Origin: Thermosulfurimonas dismutans
GTDB taxonomy: Bacteria > Desulfobacterota > Thermodesulfobacteria > Thermodesulfobacteriales > Thermodesulfobacteriaceae
Direction: 5' to 3'
Assembly: GCF_001652585.1 (NCBI RefSeq)
Contig: NZ_LWLG01000024.1
Location: forward strand, 1-16,975
Length of the DNA stretch: 16,975 nucleotides
Made by a program: the position numbers and the translations under genes
The notes under the pieces: generated by a model
Database searches by the model: none
Told to the model about the DNA's origin: nothing
Seen by the model: only the letters and a program-made list of their open reading frames with translations
Shown here: piece by piece, positions 6,668 to 13,637 of the stretch
Layout: every line of letters starts with the position of its first letter
How positions within the stretch are numbered: the stretch's first letter is position 1

Positions 6668-7331
6668 TTACCTCCGCGAGGTTCTGCTAGAGATTTATCG
6701 CGGTCTTTATTACCATTTCGGGCCGCAGCACTGGTGGCCGGCGGAGAGCCCCTTCGAGGTCTGTGTGGGAGCCATCCTTACGCAGAACACCAACTGGCGC
6801 AATGTGGAGCGGGCTATCGAGAATCTCAAAACTCGGGGGTTTCTTTCCCCGGAGGCCTTGCACCGTCTCTCCGTGGAAGAACTGGCCGGACTAATACGCC
6901 CGGCGGGTTATTTTAGGATCAAGGCCCAGAGATTGAAAGCCTTTGTGGATTTCCTGGTCTCACGATACGAAGGTGAGCTCTCGGCTCTAGCGGAAAAGGA
7001 AACCGATGAGATCCGTAAAGAATTGCTTTCCATAAAAGGTATTGGCCCCGAGACCGCCGATAGCATCTTGCTTTACGCCCTGGAGCGTCCGGTCTTCGTG
7101 GTGGACGCCTACACCAAGCGCATCCTCCTGCGGCATGGTCTTACCACGGAGGAGGCCGGATACGATGAACTCCAAGAACTCTTCATGAAAAGTCTCCCGC
7201 GGGACACGCAACTTTATAACGAATATCACGCTCTGCTCGTGGCCTGCGGAAAACACTACTGTCTTTCCCGCAAGCCCCGCTGTTCTTCCTCGGAAAAGAA
7301 TTCCTGTCCCCTGGTCAGGGTTATGACCTAA
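6660..7331 (+). CDS. Endonuclease III-related HhH-GPD superfamily protein (COG2231-like DNA glycosylase family)
   Basis: Motifs are WWPAESPFEVCVGAILTQNTNW.NVE.A, AGYFRIKAQRLK, the HhH motif IKGIGPETADSILLYAL, and VVDAYTKRIL. The tail is Cys-rich (C-x4-C-x6-C-x7-C). I prefer the ATG at 6660, which overlaps the upstream stop by 8 nt, over the track start at 6621. Confidence 0.8.
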   Translation: MSSYLREVLLEIYRGLYYHFGPQHWWPAESPFEVCVGAILTQNTNWRNVERAIENLKTRGFLSPEALHRLSVEELAGLIRPAGYFRIKAQRLKAFVDFLVSRYEGELSALAEKETDEIRKELLSIKGIGPETADSILLYALERPVFVVDAYTKRILLRHGLTTEEAGYDELQELFMKSLPRDTQLYNEYHALLVACGKHYCLSRKPRCSSSEKNSCPLVRVMT

Positions 7332-8224
7332 CCGGTGACAATGAGCACCACCCCTAGTAACATGATGGAGGCCGCAAAGAACCTGGCTTGCAGATGGCTT
7401 TCCTGGAAAAAAGCCCCGCCGAAAAGAATGCCGAAAAGGATACTGGTCCGCTTGACGGCGATCATGTAGGCTGCCGGGGCCAGGCTTATGGCCTTCATAT
7501 GACAGATGATCATGAGGGCCTGGGTGAGCCCTAAAAGAAGCACGCCCTTTAAGTTTTGCTTAATAAAATTTAGGATCCTTGGTCTGAAAAAGAGCTTGAG
7601 CACCGCTGGCACAAAAAGCCCTAAGAGGACGAAGTAACTTCCGGCAAACCAGAGGGGGTCTGAGAGCAAAATGGCCTTTTTCCCAAAAACAGTGGTCACG
7701 GCGTAGATGAGGGCTACGGCCAGCATGAGAAGGGATCCCCGCTCCCGAAAAAGGGCTCGGAAGGGGGTAAGAGGGCCTTCTTTTAGCACCGGAAGATGTA
7801 GCAAATAACTTCCTAAGACCACCAGGCCGATGCCGCCTATCCCTTTCCAGGAGAGTTTTTCTCCCAGGACTATATAGCCCGTAAGGATGATGAAGGTCGG
7901 GGTGAAGGAGAGGAAGGGTAAGGTAAGGGATAAAGGCGAGATCCGGATGGCTTCCATGTAAAGAAGTATGGCCAGGGTTTCAAGTGGAAGGAGAAGGCCT
8001 ACGGTCTTCAAGAATTCTGGATTTTGCAGGGCCTTGCTGAAGTGGGAGAGAAGCTCTGAAGTCGGAAAAAAGATCCAGAGGAAAAACAGCAGAAAGGGGA
8101 GGGGCCCAAGGGTACGGGCGGTGGCCATGAGGACCATGCCATCTCGGGCAAAAAACTTCTTGTTCAGGGCGTCCCCAAGAGCCACGAAAAAGGCCGCCCC
8201 CAGGGCCAAAGTAAACCAGATCAT
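7328..8224 (-). CDS. EamA/DMT-superfamily integral membrane transporter
   Basis: It is about 10 hydrophobic helices arranged as two EamA-like halves. Each half ends in a motif like GYIVLGEKLSWKGIGGIGLVVLGSYLL. Substrate is unknown. Confidence 0.75.
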   Translation of the reverse strand: MIWFTLALGAAFFVALGDALNKKFFARDGMVLMATARTLGPLPFLLFFLWIFFPTSELLSHFSKALQNPEFLKTVGLLLPLETLAILLYMEAIRISPLSLTLPFLSFTPTFIILTGYIVLGEKLSWKGIGGIGLVVLGSYLLHLPVLKEGPLTPFRALFRERGSLLMLAVALIYAVTTVFGKKAILLSDPLWFAGSYFVLLGLFVPAVLKLFFRPRILNFIKQNLKGVLLLGLTQALMIICHMKAISLAPAAYMIAVKRTSILFGILFGGAFFQESHLQARFFAASIMLLGVVLIVTG

Positions 8225-8264
8225 TTGGGAAGGGATTCCTTTTATAGTTGAGTTTAAATGACAT

Positions 8265-8270
8265 TATAAT
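8265..8270 (+). promoter_or_regulatory. Candidate -10 box (perfect TATAAT) for xth
   Basis: TATAAT lies 15 nt upstream of the AAGGAG SD. The best -35-like hexamer, TTGAGT (8248-8253), is only 11 nt away, so the promoter assignment is weak. Confidence 0.25.
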
Positions 8271-8297
8271 ACCGTAATGCGTAATAAGGAGAAGACG

Positions 8298-9086
8298 GTG
8301 TCGCAGATTTTCGTCACTTGGAACGTCAATTCTCTGAAGGCCAGAAAAGCGCACGTTTTGCGTTATCTTGAGTTGAGGAAACCTTCGGTTCTCTGCCTTC
8401 AGGAAACCAAACTAAGGGACGAAGCCTTCCCTTTCGAGGTTTTTAAGGCTTTAGGGTATCACGTCCTGCACGCCGGAGGACCGGGGAGGAACGGAGTGGC
8501 CATTTTTACAAAGTATCCTCTGGAAGATCCTGTAAGGGGTTTTCCTGAAGAGGAGGATCCCCAGGCCGTAGAACGCCTCCTTTGTGCGCGCATCCGGGAG
8601 CTTTATGTCATTTCGGTGTACATCCCCAACGGAAGTCCGGTGGGGTCGGATTATTTTCTCTACAAACTGGAATTCATCTACCGCCTGCGGGAGTTTCTGG
8701 AAAGGCATTTTACTCCCGAGACTCCGCTGGCTCTCTGCGGGGACTTCAACGTGGCTCCGGAGCCCATAGACGTTTACGATCCGGAACTGCTTGAGGGGCA
8801 TATCTGTTTTCACGAGCGGGAGAGGGCCGCCATTAAAGTGCTTGCGGAATGGGGGCTCTATGATGCCCTGCGGCTCAAACATCCGGAAAGTCCCGGAATC
8901 TTTTCCTGGTGGGATTACCAGTTTGGGGCCTTCCGGGCGAACCGCGGAATGCGGCTTGACCACATCTGGGTGACTGAGCCTCTGGCCGAAAAACTCACGG
9001 ACTGTTTCATTGACCGGGACCCCCGGGGCTGGAAGAAGCCCTCGGATCACGCCCCGGTGGTCGCGGTCTTCGATTTACCGGACTAG
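8298..9086 (+). CDS. xth: Exodeoxyribonuclease III (AP endonuclease, EEP fold)
   Basis: Motifs are TWNVNSLKAR, LCLQETK, GDFNVAP, RLDHIW and the terminal SDHAPV. I prefer the in-frame GTG at 8298 because AAGGAG (8286-8291) lies 6 nt upstream. The track ATG at 8277 has no SD, and either start is possible. Confidence 0.9.
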   Translation: MSQIFVTWNVNSLKARKAHVLRYLELRKPSVLCLQETKLRDEAFPFEVFKALGYHVLHAGGPGRNGVAIFTKYPLEDPVRGFPEEEDPQAVERLLCARIRELYVISVYIPNGSPVGSDYFLYKLEFIYRLREFLERHFTPETPLALCGDFNVAPEPIDVYDPELLEGHICFHERERAAIKVLAEWGLYDALRLKHPESPGIFSWWDYQFGAFRANRGMRLDHIWVTEPLAEKLTDCFIDRDPRGWKKPSDHAPVVAVFDLPD

Positions 9087-10043
9087 GTCGCCATATTTTT
9101 CCACGATCCTTTCCACCACCCGGTGGGCAGTGTTGAAGGCCGCCATGATGCTTCCTTTCTCAAGGGCGATGTCCCCGGCCAGAAATACTCCTGGCAGATT
9201 GGTCTCGTAAAATTCGTCTATAACTGGTTTTCCGTCCTGAAACTCCACTCCGATGCTTCGCAAGAAACCGGCCGGCGTGCTTCCTCCTAGACAGTAATAA
9301 ACTCGATCGAAAAGCATGGTCTTCCCATCCTTGAAGACCACCTTTACACCTTCGGGATCAGGCTCGAGGTGATCTATGTCGGTGTTCAACATGAGATTTA
9401 CCCGCCCCTCTTGGGCCTTCTTTTCCAGGTTTTCATGGTTGACCGGATTGATGCGGAAGAACTTGGGACGTCGGTAAGAAAGATAGACCTCGTCACATCC
9501 CTCACAGAGGAAACAGGCGGTTTCGGCCGCTGTATCCCCCCCTCCTACCACCAGGACCTTCCCACCCTGTGGACACTCGCAGGGGGCCTCGAAGAAGACT
9601 CGATCCTTGATCTCCTTAGGTATGGGATAGTCCGGTTTGCGGGGTTTGCCGAAAATCCCGATGGCGATGACCACGATGGGGGTTTCGGCCACGAATTCGC
9701 TTCCGACCCTTACTTTATAGGTGCCGTTCCCTTTCTCGATGGCGTTCACTTCGCTCCGGTAGCGGATATCGAGTTCATATTCCTGGATGTATTTGGCCAT
9801 CCTCTCAAGGAAGTCTTCTTTGGTTTCGGTCTCGAAACGGCAGATACCCTCCGGTTCGATTACCATCTTGCGATATACGGCATCTACGCGTTTTCCTGGG
9901 CGATACAGACGCTGGATGGTATCGCAAAAGGCCTCAGCCTTTTCGAAAATGATTACCGGGGAAATGTTTTTGGCTTTGGCTTCTACTCCAACCGCAAGGC
10001 CAGCCGGGCCTGCCCCTACTACCACGATCTTGGCCTTTTCCAT
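9075..10043 (-). CDS. FAD/NAD(P)H-dependent pyridine nucleotide-disulfide oxidoreductase family protein (thioredoxin-reductase fold, substrate unknown)
   Basis: Motifs are the FAD-binding VVVGAGPAGLA, the NAD(P)H-binding VVGGGDTAAE, and the C-terminal GVFLAGDIA. The canonical TrxR CAxC is absent. It carries CEC and CFLCEGC around the second Rossmann motif instead. Confidence 0.75.
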   Translation of the reverse strand: MEKAKIVVVGAGPAGLAVGVEAKAKNISPVIIFEKAEAFCDTIQRLYRPGKRVDAVYRKMVIEPEGICRFETETKEDFLERMAKYIQEYELDIRYRSEVNAIEKGNGTYKVRVGSEFVAETPIVVIAIGIFGKPRKPDYPIPKEIKDRVFFEAPCECPQGGKVLVVGGGDTAAETACFLCEGCDEVYLSYRRPKFFRINPVNHENLEKKAQEGRVNLMLNTDIDHLEPDPEGVKVVFKDGKTMLFDRVYYCLGGSTPAGFLRSIGVEFQDGKPVIDEFYETNLPGVFLAGDIALEKGSIMAAFNTAHRVVERIVEKYGDLVR

Positions 10044-10050
10044 GTTTACA

Positions 10051-10078
10051 CCCCCCGAAATTATATCTTTCCGGGGGG
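10051..10078 (-). promoter_or_regulatory. Stable GC-rich hairpin in the usp-oxidoreductase spacer that includes the only SD-like G-run of the oxidoreductase gene
   Basis: The minus-strand RNA reads CCCCCCGGAAA-GAUAUAA-UUUCGGGGGG. That gives 7 G-C plus 3 A-U pairs, one bulged G and a 7-nt loop. The 3' arm ends 7 nt before the AUG (10043) and no U-tract follows. Confidence 0.35.
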
Positions 10079-10094
10079 CTACCTTAACATAAGA

Positions 10095-10553
10095 TTACTT
10101 CTTTTGAAAAGGGTTTACAGTGAGAACGGGACAAGGAGCCGTCTTGACCACCTTTTCGGCCACACTTCCGAAAAGGGCCTTTTCCAAACCTCCCCGACCA
10201 TGAGTCCCCATGACAATGAGGTCGATGTCTTTTTCTTTGGCAACCTCACAGATCTTGTCTGCCACATCTCCCACAGCAATTATCGTTTCTACGGTTGGGA
10301 GCCCGGAAAAGTATTCTTCTACGAAAGATTCCATCTTTTTCTGGGCTCCTTGATAAAGTTCTTTTTCGATGTTTTCTAGAGCTACATGGGGAACATAAAA
10401 ACCGGCAAACCTGGAGAGATCTTCCACTACGAAAATAACATGAAGTTTCGCCTCGAATTTTTCGGTGAGAACCCTGGCATAACCGGCTACCTTGGAGCAA
10501 GCGTCAGTAAAGTCTACCGGAAAAAGGATATTTTTGATTTCAACCATAGACAA
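10095..10553 (-). CDS. Universal stress protein (UspA family)
   Basis: Motifs are ILFPVDFTD, DLIVMGTHGRGGLEKALFGSVAEKVVKTAPCPVLTV (ATP-binding G-2x-G-9x-G(S/T) type). The SD AGAGGGGGG lies upstream. Confidence 0.9.
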   Translation of the reverse strand: MSMVEIKNILFPVDFTDACSKVAGYARVLTEKFEAKLHVIFVVEDLSRFAGFYVPHVALENIEKELYQGAQKKMESFVEEYFSGLPTVETIIAVGDVADKICEVAKEKDIDLIVMGTHGRGGLEKALFGSVAEKVVKTAPCPVLTVNPFQKK

Positions 10554-10610
10554 CCCCCCTCTTTAGTTTTAAAGTTCTTTAAATCCATTATAGCAGAATA
10601 GGAAGGAAAA

Positions 10611-11456
10611 ATGATAGACCTACACACCCATTCTACGGCTTCTGACGGTACTTATTCACCCGCCGAATTGGTGCAATTGGCTAAAGACGTGAGTCTTTCG
10701 GCCTTAGCGCTTACGGATCACGATACGGTAGAGGGACTAGGGGAGGCGATGGCGGCTGCTCGTGAGCTCGGAGTTCCTTTTGTGCCTGGGGTGGAAATCA
10801 GCGTTAAGTTTGATGGCCCCGGACACTGTCATATCCTTGGTTATTTTGTGGATGCGGACTCTCCGGTCCTTAGAGAGACTTTGGGTCTGCTGCAGAGGGC
10901 TAGGGAGGAAAGAAACCGGAAGATGATGGAGAAACTCCAGTCCTTGGGGGTGGATATTACCTTGGAAGAGCTTGAGGATCAGGCCAAGGGAGAGATCGGT
11001 CGTCCTCATTTCGCGGCCCTTCTGGTGAAGAAAGGGGTGGTGAAAAGCGTAGGAGAAGCCTTTGAGAAGTACCTCAAGAAAGGGGCCCCGGCCTACGTGC
11101 CCAAGGCTAGACTTACAGCGGAAGAGGCCTTTTCGGCCATTAGAGCCGCTGGGGGCCTGGCGGTCTTGGCGCATCCAATACATTTAAAGCTTTCCCCGGA
11201 GGAACTGGTCCGTTACGTGGAAGAACTAAAGGCCTTTGGTCTAGACGGTATCGAGGCCTATTATACGGATCATACCAAACAATTCACGACCCTTTGTCTT
11301 GAGATCGCCAGGCGCTACGATCTTGTGCCTACTGGGGGAAGCGATTTCCACGGACACAACAAACCGGATATAAAGCTTGGCAGGGGCTTTGGGAATCTCT
11401 CCGTGCCGGACGAGTGTTACGAAAGGTTGCGGCGTCGCTGGGAGGCTAAGAGCTAG
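10611..11456 (+). CDS. PHP-domain metal-dependent phosphoesterase (TrpH/YciV, RNase AM-like family)
   Basis: Motifs are IDLHTHSTASDG, ALTDHDTVEG, LAHP and GGSDFHG. The SD AGGAAGGA lies upstream. Confidence 0.85.
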   Translation: MIDLHTHSTASDGTYSPAELVQLAKDVSLSALALTDHDTVEGLGEAMAAARELGVPFVPGVEISVKFDGPGHCHILGYFVDADSPVLRETLGLLQRAREERNRKMMEKLQSLGVDITLEELEDQAKGEIGRPHFAALLVKKGVVKSVGEAFEKYLKKGAPAYVPKARLTAEEAFSAIRAAGGLAVLAHPIHLKLSPEELVRYVEELKAFGLDGIEAYYTDHTKQFTTLCLEIARRYDLVPTGGSDFHGHNKPDIKLGRGFGNLSVPDECYERLRRRWEAKS

Positions 11457-12202
11457 TCTTCTGATAACGGACCGACCAGCTTGAAAAGCTCTTCGAGCTC
11501 TTCGAGGGTCAGAGGTCGAATTTCGCCAGGACGAAGTTTACCAAGTGTAAGAGGCCCAAAACGAATCCTTACCAAGCGTTTTACTAGGCTTCCGGCGGCG
11601 GCGAAAATCTTGCGCACCTCCCTTTTGCGGCCTTCATGGAGTCTCACCTCGTAGACCGTCTCCCGCCGGTTGCGACGGACAAGCCTGATCTCGTCCGGGA
11701 AGACCCGGCGGCCCTCTACTTCAAGTCCCTCCTTAAGGATGCGAGCGAGAAGGTCTTCCCGCGGAGGTCTTGTAAGCCACACCCGATAGACTCTTGGAAT
11801 TTCGTAGCGGGGGTGAAGGAGCCTCTGGGCCAGATCGCCATCATTGGTGAGAAGTAGAAGACCTTCACTGTCCCGGTCGAGCCGTCCCACCGGAAAGACC
11901 CCCGGGGGCAGATCTTTGAGAAACTTGGCTATGGTCGGCCGGCCGTGGGGGTCCGATAGGGCGGTGAGATACCCCGGGGGTTTGTAAAAGCGGTAGTAGA
12001 CTTTTTGGGGGAGTTTTACCGAACGACCTCCCACTTCCACTTTGTCTCTCTCGGGGTCTACTTTGAAACTAGGTTCGGTGATCACCTCACCGTTTACCAG
12101 AACCTTGCCCTCTTGGATAAGGACTTCGGCCTTGCGGCGGGAGGTCACCCCAGCCCGAGCTAGAAACTTCGAAAGACGCACTCGATTCCTCGTTACGGGC
12201 AT
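11453..12202 (-). CDS. rluB: rRNA pseudouridine synthase of the RsuA/RluB family with an N-terminal S4 domain
   Basis: The S4 motif is RLSKFLARAGVTSRRKAEVLIQEGKVLVNGE and the catalytic motif is GRLDRDSEGLLLLTNDG. The Arg/Lys-rich body is also consistent. The exact family member (B, E or F) is not certain. Confidence 0.85.
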   Translation of the reverse strand: MPVTRNRVRLSKFLARAGVTSRRKAEVLIQEGKVLVNGEVITEPSFKVDPERDKVEVGGRSVKLPQKVYYRFYKPPGYLTALSDPHGRPTIAKFLKDLPPGVFPVGRLDRDSEGLLLLTNDGDLAQRLLHPRYEIPRVYRVWLTRPPREDLLARILKEGLEVEGRRVFPDEIRLVRRNRRETVYEVRLHEGRKREVRKIFAAAGSLVKRLVRIRFGPLTLGKLRPGEIRPLTLEELEELFKLVGPLSED

Positions 12203-12251
12203 TTCGTGTTAAAGTTAATCGAAAGGAGATAGCCTTGCCACAGGCCGATGG

Positions 12252-13574
12252 ATGATGTCTGATATGGAAACCTTAAGGGAAGCTGTGGAGGATTTCGCCC
12301 GTAAAAAGGGGGTTTGGGCCGAGCTCTGGGGGGAGATCGAGGAAGGCCTTTCGGTAGAGAGACGGGACCGGAGGCTTGAGGCCATCAGTCCTTATCGGGA
12401 AACGCTTTTTGCCGTTCGGGTGATCCATCGGGGACGGGCCGGTCTCTCCTACACCACGCGGGCTGAGCCGGAAGCCGTAAGAGAAGCTGCCGAGCGGGCC
12501 TACGAGGTGAGTAGATTTTCGGAAGAGGAGGCCGAGATCCCCGAATTTCGGGACCTTCCGGAGTTGGAAGAGAAATCGGTGGTCCGCAGATCGCCGGAAG
12601 AGTTAGAATCTTTTCTCCTCGAGGCCGAAGAGACCGCCCTTTCTTCGGACTCGCGGATCCACCGGATCGAAAGGACGGCCCTTTCTTTCTCCGAGACCAC
12701 CTATTTTATCTTTCAATCTGGGGGGCTTTCAGCGAGCTTCTGTGCAGGTTCTTATTCCTTTCTCATTTCCCTCACGGCTCGAGAAGGGGAAGAGGAACGC
12801 TCGGCCTGGGAATGGCGGGAGGCCCTGGATCTTTCGGAACTCGATTTCAGAGTTCTCGCCCGTTCGGCCGCTAGAAGGGCGCTCGACCTCCTTTCCGCTC
12901 GAAAGATCTCTTCCCGAAGGCTTTCCATCCTCTTTCCGCCCCAGGCAGCGGTGGTGCTTCTTGAAACCCTGAGCCATTCCTTTTGCGGAGACGAGGTTCT
13001 GAAGGGGCGCTCGCGCCTTGCCGGAAAACTAGGGGAACGCCTCTTTTCCCCGAAGATTATCTTGGTTGACGACGGTCTCCTCCCCGGGGGTCCGGAGACC
13101 AGACCCTTTGACGACGAGGGTGTGCCCCAGGAGAGGACGATCTTGGTCTCGGAAGGTACGATTTCGGCCTTCCTTTACGACACCCTTTGGGGACGGCGGG
13201 CCGGGAGACGTTCCACCGGAAACGCCCGGAGACCCTCCTTCAGAAGTCTTCCAACGATTTCGACCACCAATCTCTATCTTGAACCGGGGAGTTTCAGTCC
13301 AGAGGCCCTGCGTGAGGCCGAGTCCACGGTCTTTGAGGTTTACGAGATGCTCGGATGGCACACTACGGATCCCATCTCTGGAGATTTTTCGGTAGGGGTC
13401 TCGGGAGTGCTTCACGAGAGGGGCGAGAAAACTCCCATTTCGGGTATGGCCCTTTCTGGAAACCTTTTCGATCTTCTTGCTCGCGTTACGGCCGTGGGCG
13501 CGGACCTTACTTTTTACGGCGATGTCGGAAGCCCTTCCCTTCTCGTGTCCGGCCTCGACCTCTCCGGGGCCTGA
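12252..13574 (+). CDS. pmbA: TldD/PmbA-family protein, PmbA/TldE-like (no HExxxH metal site)
   Basis: It is collinear with E. coli PmbA, including a C-terminal GDFS.G..G pattern (ISGDFSVGVSGVLHERGE) and NLFDLL..V.AVG.D. I found no HExxxGH motif of the TldD type. Confidence 0.8.
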   Translation: MMSDMETLREAVEDFARKKGVWAELWGEIEEGLSVERRDRRLEAISPYRETLFAVRVIHRGRAGLSYTTRAEPEAVREAAERAYEVSRFSEEEAEIPEFRDLPELEEKSVVRRSPEELESFLLEAEETALSSDSRIHRIERTALSFSETTYFIFQSGGLSASFCAGSYSFLISLTAREGEEERSAWEWREALDLSELDFRVLARSAARRALDLLSARKISSRRLSILFPPQAAVVLLETLSHSFCGDEVLKGRSRLAGKLGERLFSPKIILVDDGLLPGGPETRPFDDEGVPQERTILVSEGTISAFLYDTLWGRRAGRRSTGNARRPSFRSLPTISTTNLYLEPGSFSPEALREAESTVFEVYEMLGWHTTDPISGDFSVGVSGVLHERGEKTPISGMALSGNLFDLLARVTAVGADLTFYGDVGSPSLLVSGLDLSGA

Positions 13575-13637
13575 AGCTTGCCTAATATGGTTAGAGTATT
13601 ACTTTAAGAAGTACTTCGTAAGAGAAGGGTGGTTAAA

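Noticed and set aside
8451-9050. A 199-aa minus-strand ORF opposite xth. Comparable ORFs lie opposite the PHP gene (10737-11183), pmbA (12729-12977, 13029-13415) and the secA 5' end (13599-14024).
   Set aside because: They are antisense to genes with clear catalytic motifs and have no motifs, signal sequences or SDs of their own.
9369-10379. A 336-aa ORF on the plus strand, the longest unassigned ORF in the track
   Set aside because: It runs antisense across two well-supported minus-strand genes (the oxidoreductase and usp) and the spacer between them. It has an implausible Phe/Gly/Leu-rich composition, no recognisable motif and no SD. It is a typical shadow ORF.
13579-13600. A TTGCCT -35-like hexamer with possible -10 elements upstream of secA
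   Set aside because: No -10 hexamer of acceptable sequence lies at 16-18 nt spacing (TATTAC at 13 nt, ACTTTA at 17 nt), so the promoter call cannot be supported.
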